A stretch of DNA of 64,000 nucleotides from a virus, in IMG/VR virus record IMGVR_UViG_3300013132_000028, positions 32,001 through 96,000 of that record, one strand, 5' to 3'. How positions within the stretch are numbered: the first letter of the stretch is position 1; each line of letters opens with the position of its first letter. Below the pieces are notes generated by a model. The model worked only from the letters and a program-made list of their open reading frames with translations. It searched no databases and had not been told where the DNA came from. This document shows positions 52,580-60,076 of the stretch, piece after piece. The translations under genes were made by a program, and so were the position numbers.

Positions 52580-52660
52580 TTCAACACGGAGCGGCGTATT
52601 GTTTCGGACCCTGCGCAGTAGCAGTCTTTCGTTTGACCAGCGCCTGTCCTCCGTGTTGAA
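52580..52660 (-). ncRNA. Candidate structured leader RNA, motif copy 2
   Basis: Perfect 12-bp TTCAACACGGAG/CTCCGTGTTGAA closing stem at the TSS; UGGUCAAAC..GA / AAACAA loops. Confidence 0.55.
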
Positions 52661-52696
52661 TAACTGTATTATACCGTGTTGCACCGACAAAGTAAA

Positions 52697-52951
52697 CTAG
52701 ACAGACTTGTCGCCCTCTAGTAGAGTGATGAAGTCGGAGTGCATCTCTTCTATCGGAGTGCCGAACTCCCAGATTGTCTTCTCAAACTTGTCCGGTGCCT
52801 CGTAGATGACGCCGTCGCGGATGTCCAGCTCACGGTCTGTTGCCACGTCTGCTGGAATGTCGGATGCCCGCATTACGTAGATGACACTGTCGGGATTGAA
52901 CTCCCACCAGTCGCCGTTCTCGTTTGCCAGGTACAGAGGTTTGGTCGCCAT
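52697..52951 (-). CDS. Hypothetical protein
   Basis: Start MATKPL coupled to the upstream stop. Confidence 0.55.
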   Translation of the reverse strand: MATKPLYLANENGDWWEFNPDSVIYVMRASDIPADVATDRELDIRDGVIYEAPDKFEKTIWEFGTPIEEMHSDFITLLEGDKSV

Positions 52952-53190
52952 CAGACTTTCGCCTTTTTCTCGTTGTCGACGCCCTCTGACAAGTAGGTGA
53001 AGAGTTCGTCCGGGCTTGGGAAGTATTCGTCTGACTCTGCGCGTTCGCAGGCGTATTTCCACGCCGCATCTGGGATGTCGTCGTTCCAGTACTCGAAGTG
53101 TTCTTTCAAGTAATACTGAAAGCAGACGTACTGGGTCTTGTCCTCAATCTCGTTGAGATTGTCGATTAGGTCTTGGACCGTCCTTGCCAT
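52951..53190 (-). CDS. Small acidic protein
   Basis: TVQDLI..L N-terminus; own promoter. Confidence 0.6.
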   Translation of the reverse strand: MARTVQDLIDNLNEIEDKTQYVCFQYYLKEHFEYWNDDIPDAAWKYACERAESDEYFPSPDELFTYLSEGVDNEKKAKV

Positions 53191-53265
53191 CGTCTTTTCG
53201 TCCTTTTCCGGTCAGACTGTCTGACCATCTGGTTGTATTATACCATAATGGAGCGACGAAGTAAA

Positions 53266-53448
53266 CTACTCCAGGCCAGTCTGTCCAGAGTCGGTTGACA
53301 CCGACACCGAGTCGACCGTGGCCGTGCCGACCGGACAGTTCACCGAGACTCCGGCCATGGTCGCCTTTTCCACGGCTTGTGCCATGTCGTCAGCTTCGAT
53401 AGACAGGTCTGCCCAGATGTTTACTCGTACTGTGAATGTTTCACTCAT
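53266..53448 (-). CDS. Hypothetical protein
   Basis: V.....IEA....A...A pattern; coupled. Confidence 0.55.
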   Translation of the reverse strand: MSETFTVRVNIWADLSIEADDMAQAVEKATMAGVSVNCPVGTATVDSVSVSTDSGQTGLE

Positions 53449-53687
53449 GATGCTCCTCTGTTTTGGACTATCTCTTGCCCGTATCCTACGCCTAGTTTGC
53501 CGTTGCCCAGCGACGCGAAGTGCGTTTCGCAGAAGTAGCCCCAGGCACCCGTGAAGCTCGCCGCGTCGTACCTGGCCTCGCGTACGCAGAAGTCACACCG
53601 TGGAGCAGGGTCTATGACCACCTGCCGTCTCGCGCCGACCCAGACTGGACCTGGCAGACTCTTCGGCCGCTTACTCTTGCCGCTCAT
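53445..53687 (-). CDS. Small zinc-finger protein
   Basis: CDFC...ARYDA....G.WGYFC..HF....LG.G.GQ. Confidence 0.68.
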   Translation of the reverse strand: MSGKSKRPKSLPGPVWVGARRQVVIDPAPRCDFCVREARYDAASFTGAWGYFCETHFASLGNGKLGVGYGQEIVQNRGAS

Positions 53688-54094
53688 CAGACCTTCTCCA
53701 GGATGCCAACCGGTGCCACTACCGGTGCCGAGTACACGGCACCAGACGAGTCTCTCCGTGCAAACCGGCCGACTGGGTCATCGAGAGTCACCACTACTTT
53801 GGTTCTCCGCTTCGACTTGACCGTGCCGGTCTGGCCAATCATGTACTTCGTGCCGCAGTCCGAGTTGAACTTGACCCGGTCGCCGACCGACAGGTCGGTT
53901 ATGGCCAGCTTCTTGGATGGGGCACTGGCGAACGTCCGCGAGGGCGTGAGGCCGCTCGACGCCGTCTTCGGTAGTTTTCCGAGGTCTTGAAGCCGCATGT
54001 TGACCGCGGTCGAGAGCTGGTCTATGTCCACGTCGAAGGCGCCGGCATGAATCATGTCGGTTATCTGTAGTACGTCGGGTGTCGTTTGGTTCAT
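53687..54094 (-). CDS. Protein with SH3/KOW-like domain, leaderless
   Basis: LSVGDRVKF....Y..GQTGTV....RTKVVV.LD; TATAAT 6 nt before ATG. Confidence 0.65.
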   Translation of the reverse strand: MNQTTPDVLQITDMIHAGAFDVDIDQLSTAVNMRLQDLGKLPKTASSGLTPSRTFASAPSKKLAITDLSVGDRVKFNSDCGTKYMIGQTGTVKSKRRTKVVVTLDDPVGRFARRDSSGAVYSAPVVAPVGILEKV

Positions 54095-54139
54095 GGCTAT
54101 ATTATATCATGTTTGACCGACGAAGTAAAGTCCTTCGCG

Positions 54140-54323
54140 CCGGCTTTCCGCAGGTCCGCCGAGATGTGCCGGAGCCAGTGGCCGTACGACCACAGTCCCA
54201 TGAGGAGGCTGCTTCGCTCCAGCCCAGTTGGCCGGTAGTCCGACACGAATGTCGACGACACGTACTCGTGCCGTCGTGTCTTGCCCGCGCGACGCCCGAG
54301 AGAAGTGTACGAGTGTCGCGCGG
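54140..54323 (-). ncRNA. Candidate structured RNA after the VWA gene
   Basis: Five hairpins including CCGCGCGAC/GTCGCGCGG and GACACGA/TCGTGTC. Confidence 0.4.
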
Positions 54324-54340
54324 AGTTTGTCCCGCCGGCC

Positions 54341-56131
54341 TTACGCCGCGGAATTCTTGACACCAATCTTTGCCAGCAATTTACTCGCCGCCATGCCAAT
54401 CTGCTTTGAGACGTACTCCACCTCAGAGGTTTCATCAGTCTTGATGACTACGCCGTCTGCAATTTCGGCGTATGTGCGCGAGGAACTGTGATGTGTAAAC
54501 GGTACCCAGAGTACGGCGACGCCGGCACTCTTGCAGGCGTTCATCCACTTGGCGGTGTGTTGGCGCTCTTCTGGAGTGTACTCACCGTCGCTTACGACGA
54601 CGAGCATGCGTGCACCTGAGCCGTGCAGAAGGTTGAGTGCGCCATCGAGTGCCTTGAATGCTTTGTCGAACTTCTCAGTTCCGTCGTGCGCGGTGTAGAC
54701 GTTTACTTCGTACTCTCTTGCGAGTGGTTTGCTCGTGTAGAACACGTCGTTGCCATAGTACACCTGGGCATAGCGACCCTGCACGCGGTGTGCAGCCTCG
54801 CTCATTACCCACGCAGTGGTTGCCATTGGCTGCATCGCTGAGTCCATAGAGCCAGAGATGTCTACCATTACACCTACTGAAAGCGTTGGGTCATCTGTGT
54901 GCTTGCGTGTGGTCTTGCGCCAAGGAGTGACTGGCGTACGTACACCTACAGACTTTTGAGCAGCACCCTGCACTACTGTGCGAGTGTGTAGACGTCCTGG
55001 AGGCAACTGCGAAGCGGAGACAGTGATGTCGCGCTCGCGGTACTTTGCCTTTTCTAGGGCGTTGCCAATTAGAACTGCTGCTGCTCGTTCCTGTGGAGTC
55101 GGTGGACGATGTGTTGCTAGGCGTGAAGATGTCTCTGAGGCACCAGGACCACTTGACTTGCCAAATACCTTGTTGTAAGTATCTTTGTGGTCTTGCTGCT
55201 CGGCTGAGGCTCGGTAGCGTTCAGCGACTGCCTGACGACGTGCTTCTTCGTCCTGGGCGTCGTGAATGTCACCAGTGACACCTACTGCTACGCAGTCGGC
55301 TGCTTCTGCCAATGCTTCAGTCAGTGCTTCAATTAAACCTTTGCTAGGTGCGTCGTTCAAGGTCTCGCCGTGCTCTTGTGCTGCGTCTTTTAGAATGTCT
55401 AGCCACTCGTCTACGAGAGGATACAACGCAGTGATGTCTTTGTCGTCTGTGTGTGCGCGAGTCTTGTTTAGAATTTCGCGAAGGCGAGAAACTCGGTCGT
55501 CGCCGAGCCAGTCACTGCATACGTCGAAGACAGCCTGTACGTCACGTTGGTCGAGAATACCTGCGTCGACTCTAGAGTGTACGAGAGCGACAAGCATACC
55601 TGCACTTCTAGTTGTAGAGTTCTTTGTGAACTGTTCGGCTGCGTCGTCAATCGCAATTTCGAGCGCACTTGCACGGAGGAAGTTAACGTACTCGGGCGCG
55701 ATTGTAAGGGCGCGAGACTCGACTCTGGACTCTTCGAACAGGACGAGTGTCTGGTGCTGGGATTCATTAAGGTCATCTGCTGCTTTCGCTAGGTCCCACA
55801 GGGAGTATCGTGCGTGCATTGCCTCGTGGAAGATACAGCCTGTGGCTTTTGGCCACTCGTACTGAGTGCTCTTGTCGAGCAGTGAGCCAATATCTCCTGG
55901 CTTGACATAGGGGGTGAATGCCATTGGAATGCTTACTTCAACCTCTGCAGTAGCAGGGGTGAAGAATGCGGCGGTCTGTCCGCCGGCGCCGGGGCCAACG
56001 AAGGCAACGATGTCCGAGCGGTTGGACCAGGTGTTTACCAGTTCAGAAATCTCTCGACTGAGAGGCAGCCACTCGGGAGGAGTGCTAGCTTTCCGACCAA
56101 GCACACCGGGTGTGTAGTCTACGTGGTTCAT
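54341..56131 (-). CDS. VWA (MIDAS) protein with N-terminal HExxH peptidase-like domain (CobT-like)
   Basis: IFHEAMH, FEESRVE; VMVDISGSM, GTE, VVVSDG. Confidence 0.85.
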   Translation of the reverse strand: MNHVDYTPGVLGRKASTPPEWLPLSREISELVNTWSNRSDIVAFVGPGAGGQTAAFFTPATAEVEVSIPMAFTPYVKPGDIGSLLDKSTQYEWPKATGCIFHEAMHARYSLWDLAKAADDLNESQHQTLVLFEESRVESRALTIAPEYVNFLRASALEIAIDDAAEQFTKNSTTRSAGMLVALVHSRVDAGILDQRDVQAVFDVCSDWLGDDRVSRLREILNKTRAHTDDKDITALYPLVDEWLDILKDAAQEHGETLNDAPSKGLIEALTEALAEAADCVAVGVTGDIHDAQDEEARRQAVAERYRASAEQQDHKDTYNKVFGKSSGPGASETSSRLATHRPPTPQERAAAVLIGNALEKAKYRERDITVSASQLPPGRLHTRTVVQGAAQKSVGVRTPVTPWRKTTRKHTDDPTLSVGVMVDISGSMDSAMQPMATTAWVMSEAAHRVQGRYAQVYYGNDVFYTSKPLAREYEVNVYTAHDGTEKFDKAFKALDGALNLLHGSGARMLVVVSDGEYTPEERQHTAKWMNACKSAGVAVLWVPFTHHSSSRTYAEIADGVVIKTDETSEVEYVSKQIGMAASKLLAKIGVKNSAA

Positions 56132-56258
56132 GTCTTGTGTCCTCTTCTCTTAGGGTTTAGACTCTTGAATGTATTATATCGTGTTTGGGTCTAGAAGTAA
56201 AGTTAGGGGGTGGAGAGGGAGGTGACCCAGTACCTCCCCCTCCTCCAGCAACGAAGAG

Positions 56259-57329
56259 TTAAATCTTCGCTGGTCGGCACTCCTCACCGTAGACTCGACC
56301 TAACACGTCCGCAACGACGGCGCGGTCGTGCTCGGGAGCACTTGCGATGAGGTTCGCTAGTGCGAACTTTGTGCCGAACTTTGTTGAGATGTCACGGAAG
56401 GCGAGGAGTTCTCGCATCTGAGGTGCCCATGACACTTCACTTGATTGTTGTTTGCGTGCAAGATTTTGCGCCGCATTAACTAGTTGTACCGGTGTACCCA
56501 GTTTACGTGCAAGCGTCCAGTCTGTGGTCATCTCTGACTGCAGACGAAAGCGAGACACGAGCGCTTCAGAGAGACGAACTCCCGGAGCGTTTGGGTTTGT
56601 CGCAGCGACGACGAAGAAGTTTTCCTTCACCTTTATTGCGCCGCGGTCTGGGTTTGCGGTTATCAGCAACTCGGTACGACCGTCCATGATTCCGTAAACA
56701 CCGGCCATGACCTTAGGGTCAATCAGACCTACTTCGTCGATGAAGAAGACTGAGTCGTTTTCGAGTGCACGAACGAGTGGTCCATCAACCCATCTGAATG
56801 AGTCTTTGTCTTGTACGTAGCCACCAATGAAGTCAGAAAGTTCTGTGTCACCGGTACCAAGTACGGTTTCAATACCACCTGGTTCGCTGGAGAATGCTGC
56901 TTCTAGCAGAGCGGTTTTGCCGCAGCCAGGAGCACCATAGAGCAGAGTGTGAAGTTTACTTGCACGAGCTTCACGAAGTACCATTACGTCGTCGTGCTCA
57001 CCCCACTTGCGTGTGTAGTAGTCCTCACCATTAGGGCGAGTGTACTTTGTTGCTCCAGCAAGAGAGTCTACTTCGTTTTCCATTGCACTCTCTTTCTTTG
57101 AAGCAATAACAGTGTTGGCACGTATAACTACTCTACCAGAGTCTGAGACTAGAGAGTCGAGTATACTTTTGCCAGCAGGATACGCTTGTTGTACTACTGT
57201 CAACCCAAGCAGAGAAGCCACAGTGTCTGAGGTTCCTACTCCTGCCTTGAGTGACACCAAACTTGTGGCGCATACGCCAAGTTTGTCTTCGTACCTGGAA
57301 GTCCAGGGATTAGATGATGTTGTAGTCAC
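56259..57329 (-). CDS. MoxR-family AAA+ ATPase (CbbQ/CobS-like)
   Basis: Walker A GAPGCGKT, WVDGPL, Walker B FFIDE, ATNP, ALVSRF, sensor MRE. Confidence 0.9.
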   Translation of the reverse strand: MTTTSSNPWTSRYEDKLGVCATSLVSLKAGVGTSDTVASLLGLTVVQQAYPAGKSILDSLVSDSGRVVIRANTVIASKKESAMENEVDSLAGATKYTRPNGEDYYTRKWGEHDDVMVLREARASKLHTLLYGAPGCGKTALLEAAFSSEPGGIETVLGTGDTELSDFIGGYVQDKDSFRWVDGPLVRALENDSVFFIDEVGLIDPKVMAGVYGIMDGRTELLITANPDRGAIKVKENFFVVAATNPNAPGVRLSEALVSRFRLQSEMTTDWTLARKLGTPVQLVNAAQNLARKQQSSEVSWAPQMRELLAFRDISTKFGTKFALANLIASAPEHDRAVVADVLGRVYGEECRPAKI

Positions 57330-57338
57330 GTCGGCTCC

Positions 57339-57818
57339 TTACGCTGCAGGTACCGCGTCGGCAGGGAATCCGGCTTTTAGGCGGCACTGCTGCATACGGT
57401 ACATAAGTTTGTAGGGAGTCTTACCTTTTGCGATGTCATCTAGGTCTACTTGAGAGACCTCCATCACGAGTGGCTTTTGACGCAGTGTCCAGTGTTGAAT
57501 GACTATTGCGTCAAATAGCGGATTTGCGTAGTCAAGACGCATATATGCCTTTTGACCCCAGGTGGTTTCGTCGAGTTCTACAACTTCACCACTGAGTGCG
57601 TCTGCTACTATCTTTTCGTTTGTAGCAGTGACCTTCCACTGCTTTTTGCCTTCGCCAGGTTTCATACGTCGGCGGTACAGGTGCGTCTGAACGAGCACAC
57701 CTTCGCTGTTGTAGCCATCAGGTGTTATCAGCACCTGCTGGACTGCAAAGCCAGTGTCGTACGGCTTCTCGTACTCTAGGTAGAGAGCCAGACCCTGGAC
57801 ATGAGCTTTTTTGTCCAT
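57339..57818 (-). CDS. Hypothetical protein heading the MoxR operon
   Basis: Promoter 57866, RBS AAAGGA. Confidence 0.65.
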   Translation of the reverse strand: MDKKAHVQGLALYLEYEKPYDTGFAVQQVLITPDGYNSEGVLVQTHLYRRRMKPGEGKKQWKVTATNEKIVADALSGEVVELDETTWGQKAYMRLDYANPLFDAIVIQHWTLRQKPLVMEVSQVDLDDIAKGKTPYKLMYRMQQCRLKAGFPADAVPAA

Positions 57819-57876
57819 TTTGTCCTTTCGTCGTTTTCCACGGCTGGGTTAGCCGCAGTAGTCTTATTATATCGTA

Positions 57877-58071
57877 TTAGGCTGACGTTGTAAAGCCAAC
57901 GTCCTCTGCTATTCCCTTGAGCACTATCTTGTCCACGATCTCCTCGTGAATCAGTCTGGCGTCGGCGTCGTGTAGGCTGTTGAACTCTACCTCGTACGCG
58001 ACCTTGCGCTCAATCTCAGTGGCAATGCGCTTGCGCCAGTACCACTCTGTCTCTTTGTACTTGCTGCTCAT
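57877..58071 (-). CDS. Hypothetical protein
   Basis: GGAG RBS. Confidence 0.55.
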   Translation of the reverse strand: MSSKYKETEWYWRKRIATEIERKVAYEVEFNSLHDADARLIHEEIVDKIVLKGIAEDVGFTTSA

Positions 58072-58106
58072 AGATACTCCAAATTCTGTCGTCGTCGGAT
58101 TTTAGG

Positions 58107-58154
58107 GTGAAGTCCGGGGGCGGACGTCCTAGTCTGGAACCCCCGGGACTTCAC
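58107..58154 (-). terminator. Hairpin / probable terminator
   Basis: GTGAAGTCC-GGGGG / CCCCC-GGGACTTCAC directly after a stop codon. Confidence 0.55.
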
Positions 58155-58165
58155 TGCTTGCAACC

Positions 58166-58507
58166 TTAGGCCTTGAGGGTCTTAAGGTATGAGTAAGGAT
58201 TTGGCTTTGTGACTTTTGCGACAATCTCTGGCGCAACTAGCTCACTAAGCAACTTGCGGTCAATGTTGCTTGAATCGACGTGTTGGACAACTACTCGAGT
58301 GACGCCATTGACGCTTGCTGCGTCTGCATCACCAATTCGCGCTTTGAGCGCTTTTGTCACTTCGTCTTTTTCGGCTTCGTAAATTGAAAGCTGCTTGCGA
58401 GCGTTTTCTAGTCGCTCGACCAGCGCAGCACCTGCACCGTCAAGTTCAACAGTTGAGACAGTACGAGACACGGTCGTGCTCGTGGTCACAATGGTTGGCT
58501 TATCCAC
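58166..58507 (-). CDS. Coiled-coil protein, paralog of 47843-48172
   Basis: VEL...YEAEK.EV...L...IGDA...SVNGV.RV......S.IDR.LL. Confidence 0.65.
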   Translation of the reverse strand: MDKPTIVTTSTTVSRTVSTVELDGAGAALVERLENARKQLSIYEAEKDEVTKALKARIGDADAASVNGVTRVVVQHVDSSNIDRKLLSELVAPEIVAKVTKPNPYSYLKTLKA

Positions 58508-58591
58508 TTTTTCTCCTCTCCGTGTTCCGGGGTCAAACTCTCTTTTGTTTTGACCTTATGAATGTATTATACCGTAGGGCAGCGACAAACC

Positions 58592-58873
58592 TTAAATGGG
58601 CTCTCCTACGTCTGGTCCCTTGTACTCTGGGTGCATACTCCAGAATGTCTCCATATCCCAGTTTGTGTCTGTTCCACAGGAGGGGCAGTAGTCTGGCCAT
58701 ACGTCGTCTGGGTCAGACGTGTCTAGTTGCACGGTCTGTGGACCGCACGTGCCAAACTTGGACCCGATCTCGTTGAGGAGGTTTGGGCGAAACATAATTG
58801 CAAATCTCTCTAGGGGGGTTAGGCCCGACCACGGAGTGGCCGGACCCTTACACCAGATAGTCGCCTGGGTCAT
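58592..58873 (-). CDS. Cys-containing hypothetical protein
   Basis: CPSCG; start MTQAT. Confidence 0.5.
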   Translation of the reverse strand: MTQATIWCKGPATPWSGLTPLERFAIMFRPNLLNEIGSKFGTCGPQTVQLDTSDPDDVWPDYCPSCGTDTNWDMETFWSMHPEYKGPDVGEPI

Positions 58874-58875
58874 CG

Positions 58876-59058
58876 TTAATCGGCAATCTCTGCGTCGGGA
58901 AACCACTTCAGCATAGTTTGAAGTAAATGGTTGTAGTCGCCCGCAGTCATCTCTGCAGTGAACGCTGAGACTTCGTCTCCGCGTCCCGTACGCTCCAACT
59001 CACGGCGGCCAGCGCCGATAATTGCAAAAGCGTTTCCATCAGTTAGCATAATTGGCAT
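58876..59058 (-). CDS. Conserved small phage protein
   Basis: DGNAFAIIG..RR.L...G ... GDYNHLL. Confidence 0.7.
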   Translation of the reverse strand: MPIMLTDGNAFAIIGAGRRELERTGRGDEVSAFTAEMTAGDYNHLLQTMLKWFPDAEIAD

Positions 59059-59081
59059 TGCTTGTCCTTTCGTCGTTGTGT

Positions 59082-59161
59082 GTAGTCGGAACGAGATTCT
59101 TAGTTTTCCACCGCGGTGGTCTTCATCTCTATTCGGCGCCCTAAGGGTTTCCGCCGACTAC
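59082..59161 (-). ncRNA. Candidate switchable leader RNA
   Basis: GTAGTCGG/CCGACTAC closing stem competes with TCGGCG/CGCCGA; inner GAGAT/ATCTC and CCAC/GTGG. Confidence 0.45.
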
Positions 59162-59192
59162 TGAACTATTATACCACAGGGCAGTGACGTTT

Positions 59193-59396
59193 CTATAACT
59201 CCTCAAGCACTGAGACGCCGAAGTCAAGTTGAATTCCGCGGTTGCGCTCTTCTGCGTCTGGCAGGTCTGAGATGTTCATCTCTTCGTCTTGGCACTTCTC
59301 AAGAAGTTCTTCAGCGTGAGCAAAGTTCTCAGCGGTGAACCACACCTGGTTCATTGAGACTTCGTCAAACCTAAATGAGTACCTTGGCACAATCAC
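59193..59396 (-). CDS. Small acidic protein
   Basis: Own promoter, AGGAG RBS. Confidence 0.55.
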   Translation of the reverse strand: MIVPRYSFRFDEVSMNQVWFTAENFAHAEELLEKCQDEEMNISDLPDAEERNRGIQLDFGVSVLEEL

Positions 59397-59440
59397 TCCT
59401 TTCTAGTTGAGTAATTGTATTATACCATAGGGGAGCGACG

Positions 59441-59716
59441 TTATGGAACTCTGGTGCCCGGTGCGTCGCAAAGAGTACGGCGAACGTGTTTCCAGCAAAG
59501 ACGCTTCAGTCCGTCCGCACCGGTGACCACGCCGAGGAACTGCGCGTTGGCAGGCATGTTCATCCAAGCCGGTGGTTCTACCCAGTTCGGTGAGCTGGCC
59601 GTGATTGGAGTTTTCTTCGGCGGAGGAGTGCAGGTCTTGCAGGTGGCCGCGGAAACCGGGTGCATCGGGCCGAATATGGCCAGGACTGCGAGGACCGCGA
59701 TGGATCGGGCTTTCAC
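59441..59716 (-). CDS. Putative secreted small protein
   Basis: Signal-peptide-like MKARSIAVLAVLAIFG..VSA; four Cys. Confidence 0.55.
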   Translation of the reverse strand: MKARSIAVLAVLAIFGPMHPVSAATCKTCTPPPKKTPITASSPNWVEPPAWMNMPANAQFLGVVTGADGLKRLCWKHVRRTLCDAPGTRVP

Positions 59717-59952
59717 AGCATGCCCGCCTTAATCAGGATTTCCGTGGACGTGCCGAACGTGGCGACCCACTCCTGTGCTCTTTCTCTTGCAGCCTGTAGG
59801 TTGTCTACCGCTGTATCTTCAAACGTGTATAGGTGCTTTACCGGGACGCCGCTCTCGAGCTTCCATACTTCAAACTTCGTCGAGCCGTCCCAGCATACGA
59901 AGAGATGACGGTTCCGCGTCACGACCTCGCCGTGGTTGGTTTTCTGTGGCAT
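59713..59952 (-). CDS. Hypothetical protein
   Basis: Promoter 59985, AAAGGA RBS. Confidence 0.55.
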   Translation of the reverse strand: MPQKTNHGEVVTRNRHLFVCWDGSTKFEVWKLESGVPVKHLYTFEDTAVDNLQAARERAQEWVATFGTSTEILIKAGML

Positions 59953-59995
59953 TTCTTTCCTTTCGTCGTTTTGTCCTTGGCTCTATTATACCGTG

Positions 59996-60069
59996 TCGGG
60001 GTGACGAGATTTGAACTCGCGACCTCCTGGTCCCGAACCAGGCGCGCTACCAAGCTGCGCCACACCCCG
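59996..60069 (-). tRNA. tRNA-Pro(CGG), CCA not encoded
   Basis: CGGGGTG/CACCCCG acceptor stem, GGCGCAGCTTGGTAGCGC D arm, loop TTCGGGA, GTTCAAATC T loop. Confidence 0.95.
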
Positions 60070-60076
60070 CCGGTGC

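Noticed and set aside
46514-52660. Hammerhead ribozyme or c-di-GMP riboswitch identity for the leader RNAs
   Set aside because: No CUGANGA core and no GEMM P2 consensus by eye; left unclassified
54097-54435. 112-aa minus-strand ORF
   Set aside because: Overlaps the VWA gene end and a promoter, no RBS; region better explained as structured RNA
54341-57329. Cobalamin biosynthesis cobS/cobT auxiliary genes
   Set aside because: No other cob genes; generic MoxR-VWA pair, so no gene symbols assigned
48264-60069. tRNAs as prophage attachment sites or host boundary
   Set aside because: No integrase, no duplicated tRNA 3' fragment, and phage-type genes on both sides
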